Assembly (NCBI GenBank): GCA_026396275.1
Contig: JAPLXC010000002.1
Location: forward strand, 74,922 to 138,921
Length of the DNA stretch: 64,000 bases
Source of the DNA: Candidatus Moraniibacteriota bacterium
Lineage (GTDB): Bacteria; Patescibacteriota; Minisyncoccia; Moranbacterales; JAPLXC01
Reading direction: 5' to 3'
Part shown: piece after piece, positions 9,433 through 16,816 of the stretch
Layout of the letters: each line of letters begins with the position of its first letter
Numbering within the stretch: the first letter of the stretch is position 1
The notes under the pieces: model-generated
Database searches by the model: none
Seen by the model: the letters and a program-made list of their open reading frames with translations, nothing else
Told to the model about the DNA's origin: nothing
Position numbers and translations under genes: made by a program

Positions 9433-9876
9433 ATGGATAAGAAAATAATTGAATTTAATCAAGTTTCCCGTCAAAAGAAGATGCCGGTTCTGCGAGCGGG
9501 AGATATTATTAAAGTGCATCGTAAAATAATTGAAGGAGGGAAAGAAAGAGTCCAGGTTTTTGAAGGAATCATTATCTCGGTTAAAGGAAAGCAAAGTTCC
9601 TCGCCAATGATAAGGGTGCGCAAAGTTTCAGAAGGCGTGGGAGTAGAATTGATCATTCCTGTCTATTCTCCGCAAGTCAAAAAAATTGAAGTGGTAAGGC
9701 AAGCAAAAGTGCGAAGGGCAAAATTGTATTATCTGCGGGAGCGGTCAGCCAAGTCGCTCAGAATGAAATACAAGGAATTGTCAGAGTTTGCAAAGGGCGA
9801 GGAAGAAGAGAAGAAACCGGACAATACTGAAAAATCAGAAGCCAAACTTCCTTTAGAGAAGCACAAAGAAAAATAG
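9433..9876 (+). CDS. rplS: 50S ribosomal protein L19
   Basis: L19 signature RAGDIIKVHRKIIEGGKERVQVFEGIIISV... plus a Lys/Glu-rich C-terminal tail. Confidence 0.85.
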   Translation: MDKKIIEFNQVSRQKKMPVLRAGDIIKVHRKIIEGGKERVQVFEGIIISVKGKQSSSPMIRVRKVSEGVGVELIIPVYSPQVKKIEVVRQAKVRRAKLYYLRERSAKSLRMKYKELSEFAKGEEEEKKPDNTEKSEAKLPLEKHKEK

Positions 9877-10034
9877 TTTTTAGCGCCCAAGACGCAAAGC
9901 GGCATATTAACTGTTCACTTTACTAAGATTTGCGGATGTGGTGCCTGCCTGCTTGTCTCGCTAAAGCTATGGAGAAGCGGGCGGTCAGGGAACCCGGTAT
10001 ATTTACCCCGCATCAATTTCTGTGTTCTGAAGAA

Positions 10035-10118
10035 AGGGGACGTGGCGGAATTGGTATACGCGATAGGTTGAGGACCTATGCTCGCAAGAGCGTGAGGGTT
10101 CAAGTCCCTCCGTCCCCA
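10035..10118 (+). tRNA. tRNA-Leu(GAG)
   Basis: Acceptor ggggacg/cgtcccc. Anticodon arm atagg-ttGAGga-cctat. Long variable arm gctcgcaagagcgt. T-arm gaggg-ttcaagt-ccctc. Confidence 0.8.
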
Positions 10119-10282
10119 CACAGGAATTGGTGCGGGGCGCATATGCCCCAGTACTAAGTCCAGGGTGGACTAGTACGGGGTAAACTTGAGGTGCATGTGG
10201 GAGTAATCTCCCTAGAGGTTTTTACCCCGTATTTGGAGCGAAGCGACATAGTTCGGGGCAAATCCTCTCATCCGCACTTGAA

Positions 10283-10470
10283 GGATCCTTAGCTCAGTTG
10301 GTAGAGCGCTTCGCTTATTCACCCCGCACCAAAATTAAGGGCAATTAGCTCAGTTGGCTAGAGCGCTTCGTTTACACCGAAGATGTCGTAGGTTCGAGTC
10401 CTACATTGCCCACTAGAATTTGGTGCGGGGCAAACCGAAGATGTCGTAGGTTCGAGTCCTACAGGATCCA
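10283..10470 (+). pseudogene. interrupted tRNA-like gene 'X' (Val-like body). Its 5' half (10283-10320) and 3' half (10436-10470) have complementary acceptor strands ggatcct/aggatcc and are separated by a 115-nt insert that contains a complete tRNA-Val.
   Basis: 5' half: acceptor, D-arm gctcagttggtagagc, stem cttcg, loop cttattc. 3' half: cgaag, atgtc, T-arm gtagg-ttcgagt-cctac, aggatcc. The insert is bounded by the inverted repeat ccccgcaccaaaatt / aatttggtgcgggg. Confidence 0.55.
10339..10412 (+). tRNA. tRNA-Val(TAC), nested inside the split tRNA-like gene X
   Basis: Acceptor gggcaat/attgccc. Anticodon arm cttcg-ttTACac-cgaag. T-arm gtagg-ttcgagt-cctac. Confidence 0.85.
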
Positions 10471-10493
10471 CTAATAATGTTTTTTAAAATTTT

Positions 10494-10565
10494 GCCAGGC
10501 TAGCTCAGTGGTAGAGCGAAGGACTGAAAATCCTTGCGTCCCCAGTTCGATTCTGGGGCCTGGCA
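10494..10565 (+). tRNA. tRNA-Phe(GAA)
   Basis: Acceptor gccaggc/gcctggc. Anticodon arm aagga-ctGAAaa-tcctt. T-arm cccag-ttcgatt-ctggg. Confidence 0.85.
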
Positions 10566-10736
10566 CAATAGGCAAAATTTAGTATGGGGCAAGCTGAAAA
10601 CTTATGTCGGCAGTTTTTACCCCGTCGAATGATTGGGGCGATCCTGTCCCCAAGCACAACGCCAAGCATTCCACTATAACTAATATGATTAAGGAATGCT
10701 AATTACAGTAATGTTACTACTAAGTATTAGTAGTTA

Positions 10737-10809
10737 GGGTCCGTAGCTCAGCGGTTAGAGCGGCCGGCTCATAACCGGTTGGTCGCAAGTTCGAATCTTG
10801 CCGGACCCA
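10737..10809 (+). tRNA. tRNA-Met(CAT), elongator or tRNA-Ile2 (lysidine) type. Not initiator-like (G1:C72 pair).
   Basis: Acceptor gggtccg/cggaccc. Anticodon arm gccgg-ctCATaa-ccggt. T-arm gcaag-ttcgaat-cttgc. Confidence 0.75.
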
Positions 10810-10855
10810 CATAAAAAATTCAAAATTTAAAAATCAAAATGCAAAACTTAAGAAA

Positions 10856-10926
10856 GCGGAATTAGTATAGTGGTAGTACGCCACCTTGCCAAGGTGATGG
10901 CGCCGGTTCGATTCCGGTATTCCGCT
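10856..10926 (+). tRNA. tRNA-Gly(GCC)
   Basis: Acceptor gcggaat/attccgc. Anticodon loop ttGCCaa. T-arm gccgg-ttcgatt-ccggt. Confidence 0.8.
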
Positions 10927-11022
10927 CAATTTTAGGTTCGCTGCAGCACCGCTGAAGGGTGCTAAGCGCCCGGCATTCTTTAGCAGTACCGGGCGATTCC
11001 GCTCACTCGCTCTAAAAGAAAA

Positions 11023-11053
11023 ATTCCTCAAATGGTGAGGAATTTTTCTTTTT
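11023..11053 (+). terminator. Rho-independent terminator
   Basis: aattcctca-aatgg-tgaggaatt followed by TTTCTTTTT. Confidence 0.65.
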
Positions 11054-11100
11054 GTGTTAAAATGAGTCAAAACGTAACTTAGTGCGGTTAAACCTTTAAT

Positions 11101-11175
11101 TGCGACCGTAGTACAGTGGCAGTATACGACCTTCCCAAGGTTGAGACGTGGGTTCCCTGCCTGCCATTGCTCCAA
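11101..11175 (+). pseudogene. degenerate tRNA-Gly(CCC)-like copy
   Basis: Has a Gly-like D-arm gtacagtggcagtat and anticodon arm cgacc-ttCCCaa-ggttg, but the T-arm (gtgggttccctgcctg) and the acceptor 3' strand are degenerate. It aligns to the 3' half of the neighbouring split Gly gene. Confidence 0.4.
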
Positions 11176-11177
11176 AT

Positions 11178-11425
11178 GCGGATGTAGTATAGTGGTAGTG
11201 CCCCAGTACTAAACTTGCCTTACGACAAATTAATACGGGGCAGGCATAACCTTCCCAAGCCCCGCACTAAATCTGCACCGCACTTTGTGCGAGAATAGTA
11301 TAGTGGCATTACACTTGCTTCCCAAGCAAGAAACGCGGGTTCAATTCCCGTTTCTCGCTCCGTTATTTGTGCAGATTTTAGTGCGGGGCAAGGTTGAAGC
11401 GTGGGTTCGATTCCCATCATCCGCT
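11178..11425 (+). pseudogene. interrupted tRNA-Gly(CCC)-like gene. The 5' part (11178-11259) and 3' part (11389-11425) have complementary acceptor strands gcggatg/catccgc. It hosts a complete tRNA-Gly(CCC) and also carries an extra 45-nt hairpin insert after the D-arm.
   Basis: 5' part: gcggatg-ta-gtatagtggtagtg ... taacc-ttCCCaa-g. 3' part: caaggttg-aagc-gtggg-ttcgatt-cccat-catccgc-t. The insert is bounded by ccccgcactaaatctgcac / gtgcagattttagtgcgggg, with a 4-bp direct repeat caag at both junctions. Confidence 0.55.
11289..11359 (+). tRNA. tRNA-Gly(CCC), nested inside the split Gly(CCC)-like gene
   Basis: Acceptor gcgagaa/ttctcgc. Anticodon arm cttgc-ttCCCaa-gcaag. T-arm gcggg-ttcaatt-cccgt. 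Confidence 0.85.
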
Positions 11426-11531
11426 CAGGCATTTGGCAGGCGGGGATTCTCATATCCCGCTCAAAGATTCTCTGAAAAATTGGCTTATTTCAACCCCGAA
11501 TATTTTCCTAGAATAAGCCAAATTTAGACCA

Positions 11532-11556
11532 AAATCCCTTATTTAAGGGATTTTTT
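11532..11556. terminator. symmetric hairpin with T-runs (bidirectional terminator-like)
   Basis: aaatccctta-ttt-aagggattt, followed by TTTTTT. Confidence 0.55.
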
Positions 11557-11713
11557 GGTTTTCCAAGCTTGACTTTCTGCCTGCAATCTGCTAGCATGGT
11601 AGGTTGGCATAATATGCCTTTTTTGTTTGGGCTATTTGCCAGCCCCCTAAACCACAGAAGGTTCAGGGCAGGGCAGTTTCTGAAAAACGTGCCTTAACAA
11701 TTAATGATAGCTT

Positions 11714-12277
11714 ATGGAACTTATTAGTATAATCGCCACTCTGCCGATTGCTGGCGGGCTGACTTTCGGAACGCCAACCATAGTAGAGGAACCAATCAAT
11801 ACTAATACAAAAATAGAATTTGTGGTTGAGAAAAATATACAACTTAATAACGGTTTTGTTGAAAGCAAAAATAATATTCCATATAACTCCGAGAGCTATA
11901 AACCAGTGAAAGGCGAAGAAGAAATTAAAAGAGAAGAAAAACTTTCCAAGTGGGAAGAAAAGCAAGCTCATCTGAAAAGCAATCTTCCTAAAGAAAAATT
12001 TACTGGAAACTTCTCGGCTTATACTGCCGCCGCTGACGAGTGTGGAAAATCGGACGGGATTACCGCGAGCGGCCTTAAGGTTAAAGGAAAAAGAACCCTT
12101 GCCTGTCCTCCGCAGTATCCTTTCGGAACAAAAGTTAAAATTGAAGGATACGGAACTTATGTCTGCGAAGATCGCGGGGGAGCGATCAAGAGTAACCATT
12201 TTGACATTTATATGGAAACTAAATCTCAAGCTTTCGCTTTTGGAAGAAGGCATCTCGAAGCGGAAGTGGTGGATTAA
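11714..12277 (+). CDS. 3D-domain (MltA/RlpA-like double-psi beta-barrel) cell-wall-binding protein
   Basis: C-terminal region ...GLKVKGKRTLACPPQYPFGTKVKIEGYGTYVCEDRGGAIKSNHFDIYMET..., which is typical of the 3D domain. Confidence 0.5.
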   Translation: MELISIIATLPIAGGLTFGTPTIVEEPINTNTKIEFVVEKNIQLNNGFVESKNNIPYNSESYKPVKGEEEIKREEKLSKWEEKQAHLKSNLPKEKFTGNFSAYTAAADECGKSDGITASGLKVKGKRTLACPPQYPFGTKVKIEGYGTYVCEDRGGAIKSNHFDIYMETKSQAFAFGRRHLEAEVVD

Positions 12278-12287
12278 TCCATCCAAA

Positions 12288-12348
12288 TGTCATTCCGGGC
12301 TTGACCCGGAATCTAGAAAATTGGATTCCCGCCTTCGCGGGAATGACA
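12288..12348. mobile_element. MITE-like element (TGTCATYC...GRATGACA family), copy 2, intergenic
   Basis: tgtcattccgggcttgacccggaatc...cccgccttcgcgggaatgaca. It has the terminal inverted repeat and two internal hairpins. Confidence 0.55.
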
Positions 12349-12437
12349 TACTAACAAGCAAAAACACCCAAGGATTTTCCGAGGGTGTTTTTGTATTACC
12401 TTGTTAATTTTGGCTTGTTGGTATAAATTTGTTATAA

Positions 12438-12508
12438 GGTCCGGTGGCCGAGAAGTTAGGCAGAGGTCTGCAAAACCTCTTACAGCAGTGCAAATCTGCT
12501 CCGGACCT
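12438..12508 (+). tRNA. tRNA-Cys(GCA)
   Basis: Acceptor ggtccgg/ccggacc with U73 discriminator (the Cys identity element). Anticodon arm gaggt-ctGCAaa-acctc. T-arm agcag-tgcaaat-ctgct. Confidence 0.75.
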
Positions 12509-12533
12509 CAAAATTATAGTATGGTTTGTCCAA

Positions 12534-12621
12534 GCCCGGGTGATGGAATCGGCAGACATGAGGGACTTAAAATCCCTTGGATGAATAATCCGTGCGAGTT
12601 CGAGTCTCGCCCCGGGCACCA
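12534..12621 (+). tRNA. tRNA-Leu(TAA), CCA encoded
   Basis: Acceptor gcccggg/cccgggc. Anticodon arm aggga-ctTAAaa-tccct. Long variable arm. T-arm gcgag-ttcgagt-ctcgc. ACCA at the end. Confidence 0.8.
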
Positions 12622-12626
12622 AAATT

Positions 12627-12931
12627 ATGACCAATTATACAATAATCTCGAAATTCAGAAATAAAGAACAGGTAGAATATCTCACTCGAAAATTAAAAGA
12701 AAAAGGTAATACTTGTTATACACTTTTAAAAGAGACATGAAAGGACTAGAGGATTGTGAAAAAGTTATTATGCTTCTTCCGGGCGGAAACTCCGCACATA
12801 TTGAAGCTGGCATTGCTTATGGAATAGGCAAACCGCTTATATTGATAGGCGAACCAGAAAAACCAGATACTTTGTATCTGATATTTAAAGAGAGATATAA
12901 AACGATAGAGAAATTTTTGAAGAGTATTTAA
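12627..12931 (+). pseudogene. nucleoside 2-deoxyribosyltransferase-like (YtoQ-type) gene fragment, split by a frameshift
   Basis: Frame 1 (12627-12740) reads MTNYTIISKFRNKEQVEYLTRKLKEKGNTCYTLLKET* and an overlapping frame (12713..12931) reads ...LLPGGNSAHIEAGIAYGIGKPLILIGEPE.... Both pieces together are shorter than typical family members. Confidence 0.35.
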
Positions 12932-13581
12932 AACAATCTTTCCTGCTTATCTTCTTCTGGCTCTATTTTCATATTTTCAACCGCCGGATTTTCTTCCGGT
13001 TTCTTTGCCATTTCCAGAACTTTAGGAATTTTTTTGAAGTCCTCGATTAACACGCTTCGCATTCCGCCGTTATAGAGCGCAGCGGCGGGGTGGTAGAGGG
13101 CATAAAAGACCCATGTGCCAATCTCAGGGATATTTCTTCGTAGCGCTTTTCCGTGAATCTGGGAAATTTTTTGATTGGGCAAGAATCTTTCCATCGCGTG
13201 TTTTCCTAGAAGCACAATTAATTTCGGATCAATTATTTTAATTTGTTCCACAAGCCACGACCAGCAGGCCTCCACTTCTTCCGGAAGGGGATCGCGGTTT
13301 CCCGGCGGGCGACACTTGATTATATTAGCAATATAAGTATCCTCCCTTTTTATATCTATTGTCTCTAATAGTTCATCCAGAAATTTGCCGGCTGCTCCGA
13401 CAAATGGTCTTCCCAACTCATCTTCCCTTTGTCCTGGTCCTTCACCGATAAACATAATTTCGGCTTCAGCGTTTCCCTCGCCGGGAACAACCACCCGGCA
13501 GGTTTCACGTAAAATACACTGGTTGCATTTCATCATGCGGTCATTGAGTTCGTTTAGTTGTTCTTGTTTCCTTTTTGTCAT
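12928..13581 (-). CDS. udg: uracil-DNA glycosylase, family 4 (UdgA type)
   Basis: Motifs GEGPG(x7)GRPFVGAAG, CRPPGNR and HPAAALY. Conserved N-terminal Cys residues. The annotated start codon lies inside MITE copy 3, so an internal Met (MMKCNQC) may be the true start. Confidence 0.8.
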   Translation of the reverse strand: MTKRKQEQLNELNDRMMKCNQCILRETCRVVVPGEGNAEAEIMFIGEGPGQREDELGRPFVGAAGKFLDELLETIDIKREDTYIANIIKCRPPGNRDPLPEEVEACWSWLVEQIKIIDPKLIVLLGKHAMERFLPNQKISQIHGKALRRNIPEIGTWVFYALYHPAAALYNGGMRSVLIEDFKKIPKVLEMAKKPEENPAVENMKIEPEEDKQERLF

Positions 13582-13633
13582 CCTGAACTTGTTTCAGGAT
13601 CTAATTAGATTCCGGATCAGGTCCGGAATGACA
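13576..13633. mobile_element. MITE-like element (TGTCATYC...GRATGACA family), copy 3, overlapping the UDG start
   Basis: tgtcatcctgaacttgtttcaggatc...ccggatcaggtccggaatgaca. Confidence 0.55.
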
Positions 13634-13635
13634 AT

Positions 13636-14169
13636 CTAATTTAGATCGTGAATGCGAATTAATTCAAATTTATCATTGTCAGTATTCCACACTGCAAACG
13701 TCGGTGGGTATATTTCTCCAGCCACGTTTCCAGGATTGAGCATTTTGCAATTGTTTATAATTTCTTCCCACGGTTTGTGAGTATGTCCGTAAAAAACAAA
13801 ATCATACTTGCCAGTTTGGCAAAGCTCTTTGGCAGTTTCGGTGTAATGAGTAAAAGCAATTTTTCTTGCCCCGTGACCGCCTGGTTTTATGGGGTTATTT
13901 TCAATTTCTATTTCGCCATAATCTTTAAAAATCCAGGTATTTTTATACTTCTTGTCGAAGTCATAATTTTTAAGCTGCCCATCATCCATATTCCCGAAGC
14001 AATAATAAATTTCTCCCGAAAAATTATCATTCAAAAAATCTAGCGTTTCCATTGAAGCCAAATCCCCGCAGCAGATTATTTTTTTAATATTGTTATCCCT
14101 GCAATAATTCAAAACTTTTTCAAGGTTAGTTATGTTGTTGTGAATGTCGGAAATAATGGCAATTTTCAT
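13636..14169 (-). CDS. metallophosphoesterase (YfcE/MJ0936-like calcineurin-fold phosphodiesterase)
   Basis: MKIAIISDIHNN...CCGDL...GHTH metal-binding motifs. 177 aa. Confidence 0.7.
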   Translation of the reverse strand: MKIAIISDIHNNITNLEKVLNYCRDNNIKKIICCGDLASMETLDFLNDNFSGEIYYCFGNMDDGQLKNYDFDKKYKNTWIFKDYGEIEIENNPIKPGGHGARKIAFTHYTETAKELCQTGKYDFVFYGHTHKPWEEIINNCKMLNPGNVAGEIYPPTFAVWNTDNDKFELIRIHDLN

Positions 14170-14213
14170 GAAATTCTCTACTAATTACGAATTTGTACGA
14201 ATATACTAATTTT

Positions 14214-15038
14214 TTATTTATCTCTTAATGTTTTCAAAATCTTTATGTCTTCTTCCACTCCCGGCCATTCGGTTTCACAGAGCATATCCATGCTATTTTT
14301 CTTGGCGAAAGAAACTATATTTTTAAATGCTTCCAAGCCAATTTTGCCTTTTCCAATATGTTCATGACGGTCTTTTTGGGATCCGCAGTCCGATTGGCTA
14401 TCGTTGGCGTGGATTAATTTAATATTTTTCATCCCCAGTTCTTTGTCTATTCTTTTGAGAGTGTTTTCAAAATCAGTCCAATCATATCCTGATGCAAAGG
14501 AGTGTTGAGTATCCAAGCATATACCTGCGATAGTAACACTATTTACGCCCTTAATAATTTCTGCCAGTTCTTGTAAATTATCTCCGATAATTTCTCCTGC
14601 TCCAGCGCTGTTTTCTAAAAGTAATTTTGTATTTCCGTCATAACCTTCCAAAGATTTCTTTAACATCTCAATAGTTTTTTTGATTGCTTCTTTTTGTCCT
14701 AGCTCTTTGGCGGTGCCAATATGAGTCATTACGAATTTAGCGCCCAGCATATTTCCTCTTTCCAATTCGTCGCGAATAGTTTTAACGGAACCATAACGGA
14801 TGCGATTATTGAGTGAAGCTAAGTTAATGTAATAAGGAGTATGTATATAAACTTCCTTAATTTTGAATTTTAATTTTTGAATTTTAAATTGTTCACAAAT
14901 TTCATTTGTGAGTATTGGCGCTTTTCCTCCCTGTGGCGGGCGAGTAAAAATCTGAATAACTTCGCAACCCAAATTATGCCCGTTTTTTGGTGCGTTTTGG
15001 ATTCCTCCTGCTACTGAAACATGAGCGCCAATGTTCAT
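14214..15038 (-). CDS. nfo: endonuclease IV (AP endonuclease family 2)
   Basis: MNIGAHVSVAGGIQNAPKNGHNLGCEVIQIFTRPPQGG... and TIM-barrel Nfo motifs (HxxYLINLAS, HANDS). Has an in-frame AT-repeat insert (QFKIQKLKFKIKE). Confidence 0.8.
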   Translation of the reverse strand: MNIGAHVSVAGGIQNAPKNGHNLGCEVIQIFTRPPQGGKAPILTNEICEQFKIQKLKFKIKEVYIHTPYYINLASLNNRIRYGSVKTIRDELERGNMLGAKFVMTHIGTAKELGQKEAIKKTIEMLKKSLEGYDGNTKLLLENSAGAGEIIGDNLQELAEIIKGVNSVTIAGICLDTQHSFASGYDWTDFENTLKRIDKELGMKNIKLIHANDSQSDCGSQKDRHEHIGKGKIGLEAFKNIVSFAKKNSMDMLCETEWPGVEEDIKILKTLRDK

Positions 15039-15305
15039 AAATATTCCCCCGCGAATCTACAAATTTTGCTACAAATCTACAGATACTATGATTGTATTAT
15101 ACATTATTTCTGATTTATTCGTACGTTCGTACAGTTTAGTAATTCGCAGAGATTACACTATTTCCCATCCGTTTTCCGCCCCAGCACCATTTTTCAATAA
15201 AGTTATTTCTTAATAATAAGTTTATTGGACAAAACGGCTTCGCCTTTGATTTTTCATAATTGATAATCTGTGCTGAAAATGGTGCGGGGTAAATCTCCAC
15301 AATTT

Positions 15306-16265
15306 TTAAATAATTTCCCAGCCCTTGTCGGTTTCTACTATGCGACCCTTCACTTCAAATCCGCTGGCTAAGATATGCCCACCTCCCCCAAAATGCCGGG
15401 CAATAGCAGAAACATCCACTCCTTTATAATCCTCCGAGCGCAAGCTCCCTTTGATTACTCCACTCTCGCGTTCAGAAAGTATAAGAGAGAATTTTGTTCC
15501 AGGCACGGTGTTAAGAATAGACGCTAACTGGGCGATATCATCTGTGGAGGCATTACATCCCTCAATATCTTCTTTGGTAAGAGCGGTAATTATCATCCCG
15601 TTTTTAGGGTTGATTTTAGCTTTTTCAAAAGCCCTCCCCCATAGTTTGAGAGTGGAAATTTTCTTGTTGGCTAGTGCGGCATCAATAATTTTGGATAAAG
15701 AAATTCCCTTTCTCATCAGGGAAGAAGCAATTTCCATCACTCGGGCTGTCGTATTGGAATGCTGGAAGTTTCCCGTGTCGGATAAGATTCCCAGCATTAG
15801 GGAGGCGGCAATGTTTTTGCTTATTTGCTCATTGGTGAATTCAAGATAATCGTAAACTATTTCACATACCGAAGAATAAGAAGAATCAATAATATTAATA
15901 TCTCCTTTGAGAGTAATGTCGGGATGGTGGTCGAGAAGAACTATAACTTGGTTTGGAAGAAGTTGATTTTTGATTTTATCGAACCCTCTTTCCACGCTGT
16001 CTGCAGCGATAACCGTTTCGTAGGATTTAAGATCGAGATGGTCCGGATATTCAAATTGTGAAGGAAAGGCAGATCCCAAAAGAGGAGGAAGCGGGTCAAA
16101 ACAGGCAATGTCAGCCAGCTTCCTTTTGTCTTTTAAATATTCTTTTAACGCCAGGACAGATCCCACTGTGTCTCCATCAGGCCCGGAGTGGGCAACTAAT
16201 AGAATTTTGTTGGATTTTTTAATGACGTAACGCAAGGCATTAAATTCACGGGCGAATTTGTGCAT
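15306..16265 (-). CDS. nrnA: DHH-family phosphoesterase NrnA (bifunctional oligoribonuclease / pAp phosphatase)
   Basis: DHH motif (LLDHHPD), the SGPDGDTVGS metal site, and the GGGH motif of the DHHA1 domain. Confidence 0.7.
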   Translation of the reverse strand: MHKFAREFNALRYVIKKSNKILLVAHSGPDGDTVGSVLALKEYLKDKRKLADIACFDPLPPLLGSAFPSQFEYPDHLDLKSYETVIAADSVERGFDKIKNQLLPNQVIVLLDHHPDITLKGDINIIDSSYSSVCEIVYDYLEFTNEQISKNIAASLMLGILSDTGNFQHSNTTARVMEIASSLMRKGISLSKIIDAALANKKISTLKLWGRAFEKAKINPKNGMIITALTKEDIEGCNASTDDIAQLASILNTVPGTKFSLILSERESGVIKGSLRSEDYKGVDVSAIARHFGGGGHILASGFEVKGRIVETDKGWEII

Positions 16266-16366
16266 AAAATTACAGAATTTGGAATTCAGTATTTAGAATC
16301 AAGAATGGGAATTACGAATTATGAATCAAGAATATTATTTATTCAAAATTCTAAATTAAAAATTCA

Positions 16367-16720
16367 CTATTCTAATTCTATAAGTATTTTTTCCACCTCG
16401 TCGGCTTTTGATTCGGTTTTGTCGAGTTGGAATTCAATCCGTGGAAGCGGTTTTGTGGAAAGCTTTTTATTAAGAACGCCCTGAAGGCGGTACATTTCTT
16501 TTTTAAGCGTTTCCATAACATAATTAGCTTCGCGCTCGGGGAAAATACTCACGAATATCCGAGTATAGCGGAGATCAGGAGTAGTGTCAACTTTAGCCAC
16601 AGTGACAAAGACCCCGGGCTTGAGGTCAAGTTCCCGGGTTATAATTTCAGCCACCTGGCGCTTAATTAGTTTGTTTATTTTTTCAAGGCGATGAGACATA
16701 AAATTAAATCCAAATTTCAA
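16367..16720 (-). CDS. rbfA: ribosome-binding factor A
   Basis: RbfA KH-like signature ...RQVAEIITRELDLKPGVFVTVAKVDTTPDLRYTRIFVS.... Sits downstream of infB, which is the conserved operon context. Confidence 0.8.
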   Translation of the reverse strand: MKFGFNFMSHRLEKINKLIKRQVAEIITRELDLKPGVFVTVAKVDTTPDLRYTRIFVSIFPEREANYVMETLKKEMYRLQGVLNKKLSTKPLPRIEFQLDKTESKADEVEKILIELE

Positions 16721-16816
16721 AATCCAAATTTCAAATGAATTTAAAAATCCAAATTTTTAAAATTTTTTCATTTGAGTTTGATTTGAAATTTAAACTTTGG
16801 ATTTTGATTTTTTCGG

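Noticed and set aside
9915-10157. Track ORFs 9915..10142 (-) and 9930..10157 (+)
   Set aside because: They overlap tRNA-Leu(GAG) and the hairpin-rich spacer. Their Arg/Pro-rich translations reflect the GC-rich tRNA sequence.
10320-10436. Group I intron in the anticodon loop of the outer tRNA
   Set aside because: The intervening sequence is only about 115 nt, lacks P/Q/R/S-type core elements, and consists of a complete tRNA plus inverted repeats.
10834-11527. Track ORFs 10834..11175 (-), 11220..11453 (-) and 11285..11527 (+)
   Set aside because: They span the tRNA-Gly genes and pseudo-tRNA fragments. No coding signal beyond the GC-rich tRNA sequence.
11663-12286. 207-aa minus-strand ORF antisense to the 3D-domain gene
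   Set aside because: Antisense shadow ORF. The plus-strand frame has a recognisable 3D domain.
12401-12664. Track ORFs on both strands across 12401-12664
   Set aside because: They overlap tRNA-Cys and tRNA-Leu(TAA).
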